Shown here in pieces: positions 45,843 to 53,874 of a stretch of DNA of 64,000 bases (the first letter of the stretch is position 1; each line of letters opens with the position of its first letter). This DNA is from Eubacteriales bacterium (GTDB lineage Bacteria; Bacillota; Clostridia; Oscillospirales; QAKW01): positions 14,028-78,027 of the forward strand of contig JAZNXL010000024.1 in assembly GCA_045593905.1 (NCBI GenBank), given 5' to 3'. Below the pieces are notes generated by a model. That model ran no database searches, was not told where the DNA came from, and saw nothing but the letters and a program-made list of their open reading frames with translations. The position numbers and the translations under genes were made by a program.

Positions 45843-47870
45843 ATGAAAAAATGTATTGCATGTGGCAACAAGCTAAAAAAAAGCAGTGAATTTTGTAGCA
45901 AGTGCGGTGCACAGGTTTTACAAGAGGATACGTTACAAAACGATACTTCAAACTTGACGGAACAAACAGAACAAACAGTAACTGTTCTGAAAAAAGGTGG
46001 CTTTATAAATTTTTTAAAAAAGCATATTTTCATTATTTTAGGTGCTGTTGTTGCAATTGCCGCAATAACAACTACTTTGGTTTTGCTTATTCCTAAACTA
46101 ACTTCAGTAGTAACTATGGGTAAACCCAAAAGAACAAATCATGTGTTGTATTTTAAAGACAAAGAAATGTTCTTTTATAATCTTAAAGAAGAACAAGCTC
46201 CAATACAGGTTACATCCGATTTTGATAGAGATAATTTAATTGAAAAAGACCAATATGGTTGGTGGATTTCAAGCGATGAAACATACTTATGTAAAAATGG
46301 CACCTTGCTTTTTTATCCGGGACAAATATCGTCTAACGGAGAAGATGAAGTTAAAAATGTAAGTATATATTATCGCAATGTTAAAGAGCAGGAATCGGAG
46401 CCTGTAAAAATAGATTCTGACATACGCGAGGGTTCCGTAAACGCTTCTGGTACAATTGTTATTTACGTAAAGGGCAATGAAAGAAATTTATTTCAGTATT
46501 TTGTAGAAACTGAAACACGCGAGAAAATTGCAAGCGGGGTTGATTGGTTTGAATATACCGAGGACCACGAAAAAATATTATATCAAAATTCAGAGGGCGA
46601 TATTTATTTATTAAACTCCGAAAATAAAAAAGAAAAGATTGTAAGTGAAGCGTCCAGCGTAGAGTATGTAAATTTTGATTTTTCTATTATATACTATATT
46701 AAAGACAATACACTTTATAAACAAACAGTCGGCGGCGAACGCGAGAAAATTGCTGAAGGAGTGAGCTATGTTATTAATGTATACGATTCGGGCGAGATAT
46801 ATTATAGAAAAACCGAAGAAATAACCTTAACCTATATGGATTTGGTTGAAGATGATTTAAAGGATAGCGATGCTTCAATTACTATGCCTGAAAAACCAAC
46901 TGCACCAAAGGCGTATGATTATGACACGTGGGATGAATATTATGATGCATGGGATATATATGACTTTGCGTATGAAAATTATAAAACCCAACTTGAAAAA
47001 TACGAAGATAAATTATATCGTGACAGTCTTCGTGAAATTCTTTATGAGTCAACATTAACCTACGATAACGACTCGTTATATTTTTATAATGGCTCAGAAG
47101 AAAAGAAAATTACAGACAACTATGCATACTATGACGGATGGAATTATTCAGAAAAGTCGCCTATTATTACATATAATGTATGTGACAGGTCTAATTTGAA
47201 GACAGTAAAGTTTAGCGAATTAATAGTTAAGTATGAAAATGACGAGATTGAGAATATAGATGATTTTTCATATTTTGATACACTTCATGAAGGTGATTAT
47301 ACATATATAGCAAGTAAGGATAATGTAACTAAAGTTGAAGTTGAAAAAACTGCTAAAGTTTTAATAAATGAATCAGGCACCGGCGCATATTACATAGAGC
47401 GTCCCGTCGAGGAAAAGAATTACGGAGAATTATATCATGTAGACATTATAGATGGTGCCATAGGTAAACCTAAGTTATATGACAGTGACGTTTGCTATTA
47501 TAATATATATTTTATAGATGACAACAGAATTGCATATTATAAAAATGCCAAAGAAAATGATGGCGACCTTTATATTAACAAAGAAGAAATTGACTTTGAT
47601 GTTTGGAGCTTTCAATATTACGAACATTGTGATACACTTGTTTACTATACTGACTATAATACCGAAAAAGAGTACGGTGTATTAAAAATATATAAAGACG
47701 GCGAGTCAACAAAAATTTCAGATGACGTGTATGACCATTATATCACAGAAGACGGCACAGTTTTATTCTTGTATGATTACAGTACGGAGTATTACAGAGG
47801 TGAGCTTGATATGTGGAAAGACGGCGAGAAAACAAAAATAGACGATGATGTAATGGCTATTATAGATTAG
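45843..47870 (+). CDS. Zinc-ribbon / single-TM protein with a large repeat-rich Tyr/Asp/Glu-rich ectodomain
   Basis: CIACG..(x10)..CSKCG zinc ribbon, TM segment HIFIILGAVVAIAAITTTLVLLI, then about 580 aa with a recurring Y-Y/F-x-K/D-G/N beta-strand-like periodicity. Confidence 0.8.
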   Translation: MKKCIACGNKLKKSSEFCSKCGAQVLQEDTLQNDTSNLTEQTEQTVTVLKKGGFINFLKKHIFIILGAVVAIAAITTTLVLLIPKLTSVVTMGKPKRTNHVLYFKDKEMFFYNLKEEQAPIQVTSDFDRDNLIEKDQYGWWISSDETYLCKNGTLLFYPGQISSNGEDEVKNVSIYYRNVKEQESEPVKIDSDIREGSVNASGTIVIYVKGNERNLFQYFVETETREKIASGVDWFEYTEDHEKILYQNSEGDIYLLNSENKKEKIVSEASSVEYVNFDFSIIYYIKDNTLYKQTVGGEREKIAEGVSYVINVYDSGEIYYRKTEEITLTYMDLVEDDLKDSDASITMPEKPTAPKAYDYDTWDEYYDAWDIYDFAYENYKTQLEKYEDKLYRDSLREILYESTLTYDNDSLYFYNGSEEKKITDNYAYYDGWNYSEKSPIITYNVCDRSNLKTVKFSELIVKYENDEIENIDDFSYFDTLHEGDYTYIASKDNVTKVEVEKTAKVLINESGTGAYYIERPVEEKNYGELYHVDIIDGAIGKPKLYDSDVCYYNIYFIDDNRIAYYKNAKENDGDLYINKEEIDFDVWSFQYYEHCDTLVYYTDYNTEKEYGVLKIYKDGESTKISDDVYDHYITEDGTVLFLYDYSTEYYRGELDMWKDGEKTKIDDDVMAIID

Positions 47871-47979
47871 CTTTACAACTGATACGCAAATTTGGTATAC
47901 TTAATTTAAGTATACCCACAACATTATAGCACAAAACAATCTTAAAATATACTTAAAATAAGATTTTTTTGGAGATGTT

Positions 47980-48156
47980 ATGAGAAATAAAGCTAATAAG
48001 CATTTGGGAATAGAGGTTGACCCCGAGCTGCATAAAAAGTTGCACTTTATTGCAAAGTACGAGGGTCGTTCTGCAAACGGACAAATTCTTTATCTTATAA
48101 GACAGTGTATTCGTGAGTTTGAAGACAAGCACGGAAAAATAGAAGATGAGCAATAA
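47980..48156 (+). CDS. Ribbon-helix-helix (Arc/CopG-like) DNA-binding protein, 58 aa (below the ORF-track cutoff)
   Basis: My translation: MRNKANKHLGIEVDPELHKKLHFIAKYEGRSANGQILYLIRQCIREFEDKHGKIEDEQ. GGAG RBS at 47971. A perfect 23-bp palindrome lies upstream at 47894-47916. Confidence 0.7.
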   Translation: MRNKANKHLGIEVDPELHKKLHFIAKYEGRSANGQILYLIRQCIREFEDKHGKIEDEQ

Positions 48157-48190
48157 ATAAAAAATCTCGTAGTTTTTACTACGAGATTTT
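48154..48190. repeat. 37-nt direct repeat, right copy (RHH stop codon plus bidirectional terminator)
   Basis: Identical to 43055-43091. The FTR-like gene stop codon lies 2 nt further on the minus strand. Confidence 0.9.
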
Positions 48191-48191
48191 T

Positions 48192-48392
48192 TTAATCTTT
48201 TGATTTATAGTAGAGCATACAGTGGCAAAAGCCTTCAAAGTTAGGGTCGGCAATTTGCTCTTTAAACTCTTTGCAAATACATTTGTATTCTTCGGTTTTT
48301 GGCAGTCGGCAGGGACAGTATCCGCCTTTTGCCTTAAGACCGTCTTTTATTCTTTTTACAACTTCTTTATCGGGGTTAAGTTTTACTGCCAT
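48192..48392 (-). CDS. Ferredoxin:thioredoxin reductase catalytic-subunit-like mini-protein
   Basis: 66 aa carrying a CPC...CIC...CHC cysteine pattern. Confidence 0.75.
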   Translation of the reverse strand: MAVKLNPDKEVVKRIKDGLKAKGGYCPCRLPKTEEYKCICKEFKEQIADPNFEGFCHCMLYYKSKD

Positions 48393-48400
48393 ATGTCACC

Positions 48401-49291
48401 TCATAAAAATTTTCTTATGCATAAAAATATTGAAAGCGCAAAAAACAGCCAAATGTAAAGTGAGCCGAGCGGGTCGCCGTAGGCGAGTTTTTTAACGTTT
48501 GTTTTAAGCCTGTTTTTTGAGCCGAGGTCGTCAATTATACCCTCGGTAAGCTTAAGAGTAACAAACATTATAATAAACAGTATGCAAACAAGCGCCACAA
48601 CAAAAATAATATCGGTTAAAAGATAGGATATGTAATCGCTGTTTGCCGACACGTAAAGCGCGAGCGCGTTGTTTATGGTGTGGCAAATAATTGCAGGCCA
48701 CACGCTTTTAAAAAGGTGGGTAAGCACCGCATAAAATACACCCGCAACAAAAAGCGACGGGATAGTGAGCGCATTGCTGTGAAACAGCGCAAAAATAACC
48801 GACGTCATAATAACCGATATTGAAACGCCGTAACGCGCATATTCTGAAAGCGCAACACCGCGAAGCAAAAGCTCCTCGCAAATTGCAGGTAAAATTACCG
48901 ACGTTAAAACAACAACATAGGTCTTATCGCTTGTAAAGTTAACGGTTGATGTGGTTATATTAAAATCAACTGCGTTTTTTGCAAGCGCAAACACGCCCAT
49001 ATTAATTAGTGCGCAAATAATCGAGGCTGAAGTTCCAAATAAAATTATAAACGGAAGATACTTTATTTTTACGTAGTTAAGGTTGAGTAAATACTTGGCC
49101 TTACTGCGCGATTTTTTTATGTAAACAATAATGGGGATAATAAAAATTACAACATAAATTGCAATTTTTTCGAGGTTGGTAAGATTTTTTAAAAAAAGCC
49201 CCGTGCAAAAATCAAGCGCTGCAAGTAAAAATAAAACTATCAGCAAAAGCAGTGATATTCGGTTTGAAACATAGCTTTTTTTGGTTGACAT
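48401..49291 (-). CDS. CPBP-family (CAAX/Abi) intramembrane glutamic endopeptidase
   Basis: Motifs EELLLRG, FALFH and HTINN in a polytopic protein. Confidence 0.85.
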   Translation of the reverse strand: MSTKKSYVSNRISLLLLIVLFLLAALDFCTGLFLKNLTNLEKIAIYVVIFIIPIIVYIKKSRSKAKYLLNLNYVKIKYLPFIILFGTSASIICALINMGVFALAKNAVDFNITTSTVNFTSDKTYVVVLTSVILPAICEELLLRGVALSEYARYGVSISVIMTSVIFALFHSNALTIPSLFVAGVFYAVLTHLFKSVWPAIICHTINNALALYVSANSDYISYLLTDIIFVVALVCILFIIMFVTLKLTEGIIDDLGSKNRLKTNVKKLAYGDPLGSLYIWLFFALSIFLCIRKFL

Positions 49292-49839
49292 TAATAAATA
49301 ATACTCTCTTTTATCTCAAGCATTTTTTGCTGTCCGAAAAGTGCGTTTATAAGACCTAGCGCAAAGTCGACAGCAGTGCCTGCGCTTTTTGATGTGATTA
49401 TATTATCCGATACGCAAACCTTGGTGTCGGGGTTGTTTTTACAGTTGAGTCCTGCCTCCATACCTTTGTAGCATACGGCATCGTAATCTTTTAAGTATCC
49501 GTTTTTGCCAAGAACCTCGGCGGGAGACGCGCAAATTGCCGCAATCAGCTTTTTGCTTTCGAAATAGTAATCAATAATCTTAAATAGCTCTTTGCAGTTT
49601 GCAAGGTTTTGATAACCCGGGTAGCCGCCCGGCAAAACAATCATATCGCCGTCACAAAACTTACTGTCAAAAATGCTCATATCGGCTTTAACGGGTATTT
49701 GGTGTGCGCCTGTAACAGACAAATCGTTTGTGATTGAAACAGTTGCAACGTTTGCGCCTGCACGACGTAACAAGTCGATTGGAGCAATAGCTTCAACCTC
49801 TTCAAAGCCTTCGGCTAAAAACAAATAAACTTTTTTCAT
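49291..49839 (-). CDS. DJ-1/PfpI-family protein
   Basis: 182 aa. Nucleophile elbow AAICASP. Confidence 0.88.
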   Translation of the reverse strand: MKKVYLFLAEGFEEVEAIAPIDLLRRAGANVATVSITNDLSVTGAHQIPVKADMSIFDSKFCDGDMIVLPGGYPGYQNLANCKELFKIIDYYFESKKLIAAICASPAEVLGKNGYLKDYDAVCYKGMEAGLNCKNNPDTKVCVSDNIITSKSAGTAVDFALGLINALFGQQKMLEIKESIIY

Positions 49840-50705
49840 TTTACATACCTTGCCTTAAATTTTTTACCAAGCTCGGTTGGGTAGTAGCTTTTTTTAGCGC
49901 GCGCGAGACCTTCGTCACCTGCATCGTCCTCGCGGTTAATGTAAGGATAGTCTTTGCAATAGGTTTTGGCAAACTCGCGGTTAATCATCTGATATGCGCC
50001 GCGAACATCGGCATCTGCCTTTTCAACGTGAACGCAAAACGCTTTTTTTGAAATCGGCTCGCCATAGCTATATGCAACGAGTGTGTTGTTCTTGTAAAGC
50101 ATAAGGCCTAAAAGCCCCATTTTATCAAAGTTATTAAGCGCAATCTCGGCGGCGCACAGTTCCATTTTTAAATATTTGTCGGCATTTTCACATCTGCCCT
50201 CGCACCACTTTTTGTTAAACTCTAAAAGTGTGGGTATATCACTTTGCTCAATCGGTTTTGTATGCCACTTTCCGTCGGCAACAAAAGCGTTTATGTGGTT
50301 GCGCTTTGCGGCAAGCTTTTTGCCTGACAGCGTAATCAGTTTTTCGCTGTCATAAATATAGTCAAAAAACGAGCAGTGTTCTTCAATTTCAAAACCGCCG
50401 ATTGTATTTAAAATGTTAAAATCGCACTCGCAAACACTTTTTAAACTAATTTGCCCGTAGGTGTTAATAAGGTACTCAACTACCGCCTGTTTATTGCAGT
50501 CGCCCATTGGCATATCGAAAACCTTTTTGTCGGGGTTACCAAGCACCATACCTCCGTCAATAAACGCAACCTTGTATCCCGATACGCCCGACCAACAAAA
50601 GACTGTGCCAAAGGTGTTTTCGCAGTATATTCGGTTTTCACTAAAAAATATTTTAGTAATTTTGTCTTTGTCGCAAAGCTCAATTTGCTTAAAGGTCAGT
50701 TCCAT
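49836..50705 (-). CDS. DUF2156-like protein (lysyl-PG synthase C-domain/acyltransferase fold)
   Basis: 289 aa. The assignment comes from overall resemblance only. Confidence 0.6.
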   Translation of the reverse strand: MELTFKQIELCDKDKITKIFFSENRIYCENTFGTVFCWSGVSGYKVAFIDGGMVLGNPDKKVFDMPMGDCNKQAVVEYLINTYGQISLKSVCECDFNILNTIGGFEIEEHCSFFDYIYDSEKLITLSGKKLAAKRNHINAFVADGKWHTKPIEQSDIPTLLEFNKKWCEGRCENADKYLKMELCAAEIALNNFDKMGLLGLMLYKNNTLVAYSYGEPISKKAFCVHVEKADADVRGAYQMINREFAKTYCKDYPYINREDDAGDEGLARAKKSYYPTELGKKFKARYVK

Positions 50706-51360
50706 AAATTCCTTTTAAAACGTCTATTATTTTTTCGAGATTCTCTTCACGGGTACACATTTTACCGTTCTTTACAAGGCATACCTTGTGCCAACCGAGT
50801 TTGTCGGCAGCATAGAGCGCGGCGCTTCGGCAATGCTCAAGATATGCGGTGTCTTGCTCGTGAATATCTTTTTTACTATTATCTCCGTTATACCTGCCTT
50901 CAATCAGTTTTTGTGAAATTTCGGGCGGAACATCAAGATAAATAACAGCATCGGGCTTTGGAAGCTCCATTTTGTTAAACTCAAAATCATAAAGCCACTC
51001 AAAATAATCGTCACGCGCCGTACCCTCAAGCTTTGATGCCTGATGCACCGCGTTTGATGTGGTGTAGCGGTCAGCAATTATCCAGGTTCCGTCAAGGTAC
51101 TCTTTTTGCCAGTTTTTCTTGTAGCTTGCAAAGCGGTCAACCGCATAAAAAGCGGACGCAGCGTATGCGCCCACATCACTCGGTTTTTTACCAAACTGTC
51201 CTGCAAGGTACATTTTTACAAGTGCGGACGAATCGCTCTCGTAATCGGGAAAGGTGATTTTAAGAGTTTTTTTACCGCGCTGTTTTAAGTAGTTTTCGAG
51301 CAAAGCCGCGTTTGTGGCTTTGCCGCTTCCGTCAAGGCCTTCTATGACAATAAGAGGCAT
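50689..51360 (-). CDS. tmk: Thymidylate kinase-family protein
   Basis: P-loop IVIEGLDGSGKAT and a DRY-like motif (ADRYTTS). Confidence 0.85.
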   Translation of the reverse strand: MPLIVIEGLDGSGKATNAALLENYLKQRGKKTLKITFPDYESDSSALVKMYLAGQFGKKPSDVGAYAASAFYAVDRFASYKKNWQKEYLDGTWIIADRYTTSNAVHQASKLEGTARDDYFEWLYDFEFNKMELPKPDAVIYLDVPPEISQKLIEGRYNGDNSKKDIHEQDTAYLEHCRSAALYAADKLGWHKVCLVKNGKMCTREENLEKIIDVLKGIYGTDL

Positions 51361-51362
51361 AG

Positions 51363-52106
51363 TTATTCTCCCTTAAACTGTTTTCTCATTTCTTTGGCTT
51401 TGCCACAGGTCATAGCGCCCTCTGAGCAACCGCCGCGAACACAGGCAGGGCCTGCATCGGCAAATATGGTGGGCGCAACCTCTTTTACAAGCTCAAGCAT
51501 TTTGCACGCAAGCTCTCTTATTTCCCATTGCGCTCTCGAGCAACAACGGAGCTTGAAAAAGTTAAGGAGTGAACGCGCGTTCATTGTAACAATCATTTTT
51601 GTAGTACAAGCGTTGGGAAGCACAAATCTCGCGTCTTCGATTGCCTTTTTCTCGGCAGCCTTTTGGTCGATACCCTCGGCTATGTATTTTGTTTTGAGTG
51701 TATCGGCAAGGTTGTTATATGCCTTGGCAATATCGCTCATTGTATCAAGATAAAGCTGTTTTGCTTTTTCGTCGCCCTCTATCGCAGGCGGAGTTACAAA
51801 CTCAAAGTTTGTTTCTTTAACGTAGCGTTGGCTCTGTACCGAAAACGAAGCCATACGGTGACGGGTAATCTGTGCCAAAAGCGCACGTGATACGTTTTCA
51901 ATGCCAAATGTAAAGCTCATATGCTCCATAGGGCTTTCGTGACCGATTTGCGCAAGCATTTCAACAAAGCTCTCGGTCTTTTCGGGTGTGAGTCCGTCCA
52001 TTACGGTATCAATATCAGCGCGTGCGTAGCAAAGCTTTGCTGCCGCCGAAACAATCTTTTGCGGCTGGGGAGTATGGGTAAGTAATTTAACTTTAAGTTG
52101 GGGCAT
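51363..52106 (-). CDS. thyX: FAD-dependent thymidylate synthase
   Basis: ThyX signature RHRMASFSVQSQRY. Confidence 0.93.
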   Translation of the reverse strand: MPQLKVKLLTHTPQPQKIVSAAAKLCYARADIDTVMDGLTPEKTESFVEMLAQIGHESPMEHMSFTFGIENVSRALLAQITRHRMASFSVQSQRYVKETNFEFVTPPAIEGDEKAKQLYLDTMSDIAKAYNNLADTLKTKYIAEGIDQKAAEKKAIEDARFVLPNACTTKMIVTMNARSLLNFFKLRCCSRAQWEIRELACKMLELVKEVAPTIFADAGPACVRGGCSEGAMTCGKAKEMRKQFKGE

Positions 52107-52126
52107 TTTTACTTTCTCCTTTTAGC

Positions 52127-52696
52127 TTATTTTTGCGACATTTCGTCAAGCGTCATACTATAGCAGGGTAATACGTTATCAATAAAATACTTAACGCTTT
52201 TAAATTCGCTTTTTTCAAGTGCACTTCGTATTGTTTTTTCTGCACTTGAAAAGTCGTTGTTGCCAACCGCTTTTTCGGTTATGCATTTTATAAGCGCCGA
52301 AAGCTTGTCTGCGGCTTTTATAATCGGGTGCTCAACCATATACCCGCGGTAAATATCTTTAAGCTCATCAGCAAGCCCTGTGATTAATGTTTCTTGTGCC
52401 TTTTTTTCAATTGTATGATACTCACTGAGCAGTGCGGGGTTGTTGTGCTTTACGGGTGTTGGCAAATCGCCTGTTATAATTTCGGCGCAATCGTGAAACA
52501 GTGCCGCAACCGTTATTTTTTCGGCGTCAAACTCGCCGCCAAACATCTCGTTTTCGATGTTGGCAAGAGCGTTTGCAATAATCGCCGTTTCAAAACTGTG
52601 CTCTGACAGGTTTTCAAACCGTGAGTTGTGCATAAGCCCCCAACGGTTTATATATTTCATACGCGATATAAACGCGAAGAACGAATTTTTGTTCAT
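52127..52696 (-). CDS. HD-domain 5'-deoxynucleotidase (YfbR-like)
   Basis: Contains RWGLMHNSRFENLSEHS and ALFHDCAEIITGDLPTPVK. Confidence 0.85.
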   Translation of the reverse strand: MNKNSFFAFISRMKYINRWGLMHNSRFENLSEHSFETAIIANALANIENEMFGGEFDAEKITVAALFHDCAEIITGDLPTPVKHNNPALLSEYHTIEKKAQETLITGLADELKDIYRGYMVEHPIIKAADKLSALIKCITEKAVGNNDFSSAEKTIRSALEKSEFKSVKYFIDNVLPCYSMTLDEMSQK

Positions 52697-53007
52697 TTGT
52701 TTTCAATTCCTTTTGTGTAGTATGCCACGTAACACTCGCCCTCATAAACAATGTTAATACCCGACAGGTTCATAAGCTCATAAGCTTTTAGCTCGTTTAT
52801 TGGCGCGCGCAGTATTACTTCGTTGTTGCAATGTATTACAAGGTCGCCTTCAATAACGTTTATAATTCCGTCTTTTGCAAGCACCGTTTCGTTGTTAGAA
52901 CTTCTATCGCGCTTTGTAATGTATTGAATAGTGCGCCCGTGCCTTGCGCTTACAAGCTGAGCAGACTCTGAAAGTTTTGGCTTTTTATTAAACTTTAGAA
53001 AGCGCAT
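52693..53007 (-). CDS. Hypothetical 104-aa protein
   Basis: ORF with a GGAG RBS. Its ends overlap both neighbouring genes in the operon. Confidence 0.55.
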   Translation of the reverse strand: MRFLKFNKKPKLSESAQLVSARHGRTIQYITKRDRSSNNETVLAKDGIINVIEGDLVIHCNNEVILRAPINELKAYELMNLSGINIVYEGECYVAYYTKGIENK

Positions 53008-53836
53008 ATTGTTTTTTCTCCTCTGTTATGGCATAATAAAACAAATACTGCTGAGCAATACCGCCGTAGCCGTAAAAGTTAAGCTCTTTTTCGGTGTCGG
53101 TGCCGTAATACTCTTTTAGTATGCGCTTTATCCATACGTCTTTAGGAAAGCTGTCACAAAACCCAAGCCCAAAAAGCAGTGCGCAGTCGGCAACCTTGTC
53201 GCCAACACCGTTTACTGTTTTTAACTGCTCGCGCGCCGAGTTTATGTTAAGGCTCTTAATTTTTTTAAAATCAATCTGACCGCTTACAACTTTTTTGGCG
53301 CAATCAATAATGTACTTATCTCTAAACCCTGCTTTTATAACGGCAAGGTCCTCGGTTGACTTTGTTGCAAGTACCTCGGGTGTAGGAAACGCAAATCCGC
53401 CGGTTATTTGCTCGCCAAAGTTTTCACAAAGGCTGTTTATAATTTTTTTAATTCTCGGTATGTTGTTTGAAGCCGATATAATAAACGAAACAAGCGTTTC
53501 AAACGGATGTTGATTTAAAATGCGTATTCCCTTTGAGTGAGGGATGATGTTACACAGTACAGGGTCGGTTTGTAAAAGCGCGTCAACCTTGTCATAATCG
53601 CGCCCCAAATCAAAATAGTCAAAAAACGTATTGTAAAACTCGTTTTCGGTAACCCCGTAAAGCTCAACACCGTCGTCTTTTTGTACAAGCGTTAAAAGTT
53701 TGTTGTATGCAATGCCTTGGTAAGTGTTGTCGTCAATTTTGTTAAAACGAAAACACTGTCCGCACTCAAAAGTTTTTTGTATATTAAACCTATCGGTGTT
53801 AATAAAAATGCTATTTTTATTAATTTTAATATTCAT
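52988..53836 (-). CDS. ogg: 8-oxoguanine DNA glycosylase/AP lyase (HhH-GPD, Ogg type)
   Basis: HhH-GPD motif LKTVNGVGDKVADCALLFG, with Lys and Asp in the expected context. Confidence 0.85.
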   Translation of the reverse strand: MNIKINKNSIFINTDRFNIQKTFECGQCFRFNKIDDNTYQGIAYNKLLTLVQKDDGVELYGVTENEFYNTFFDYFDLGRDYDKVDALLQTDPVLCNIIPHSKGIRILNQHPFETLVSFIISASNNIPRIKKIINSLCENFGEQITGGFAFPTPEVLATKSTEDLAVIKAGFRDKYIIDCAKKVVSGQIDFKKIKSLNINSAREQLKTVNGVGDKVADCALLFGLGFCDSFPKDVWIKRILKEYYGTDTEKELNFYGYGGIAQQYLFYYAITEEKKQYALSKV

Positions 53837-53874
53837 ACACTATATTATAACATATAAAAAAGGAAATGTGAACT

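Noticed and set aside
50451-50945. 164-aa ORF on the plus strand spanning the DUF2156/tmk junction.
   Set aside because: It is antisense to two overlapping, well-supported genes. It has no RBS and a low-complexity translation.
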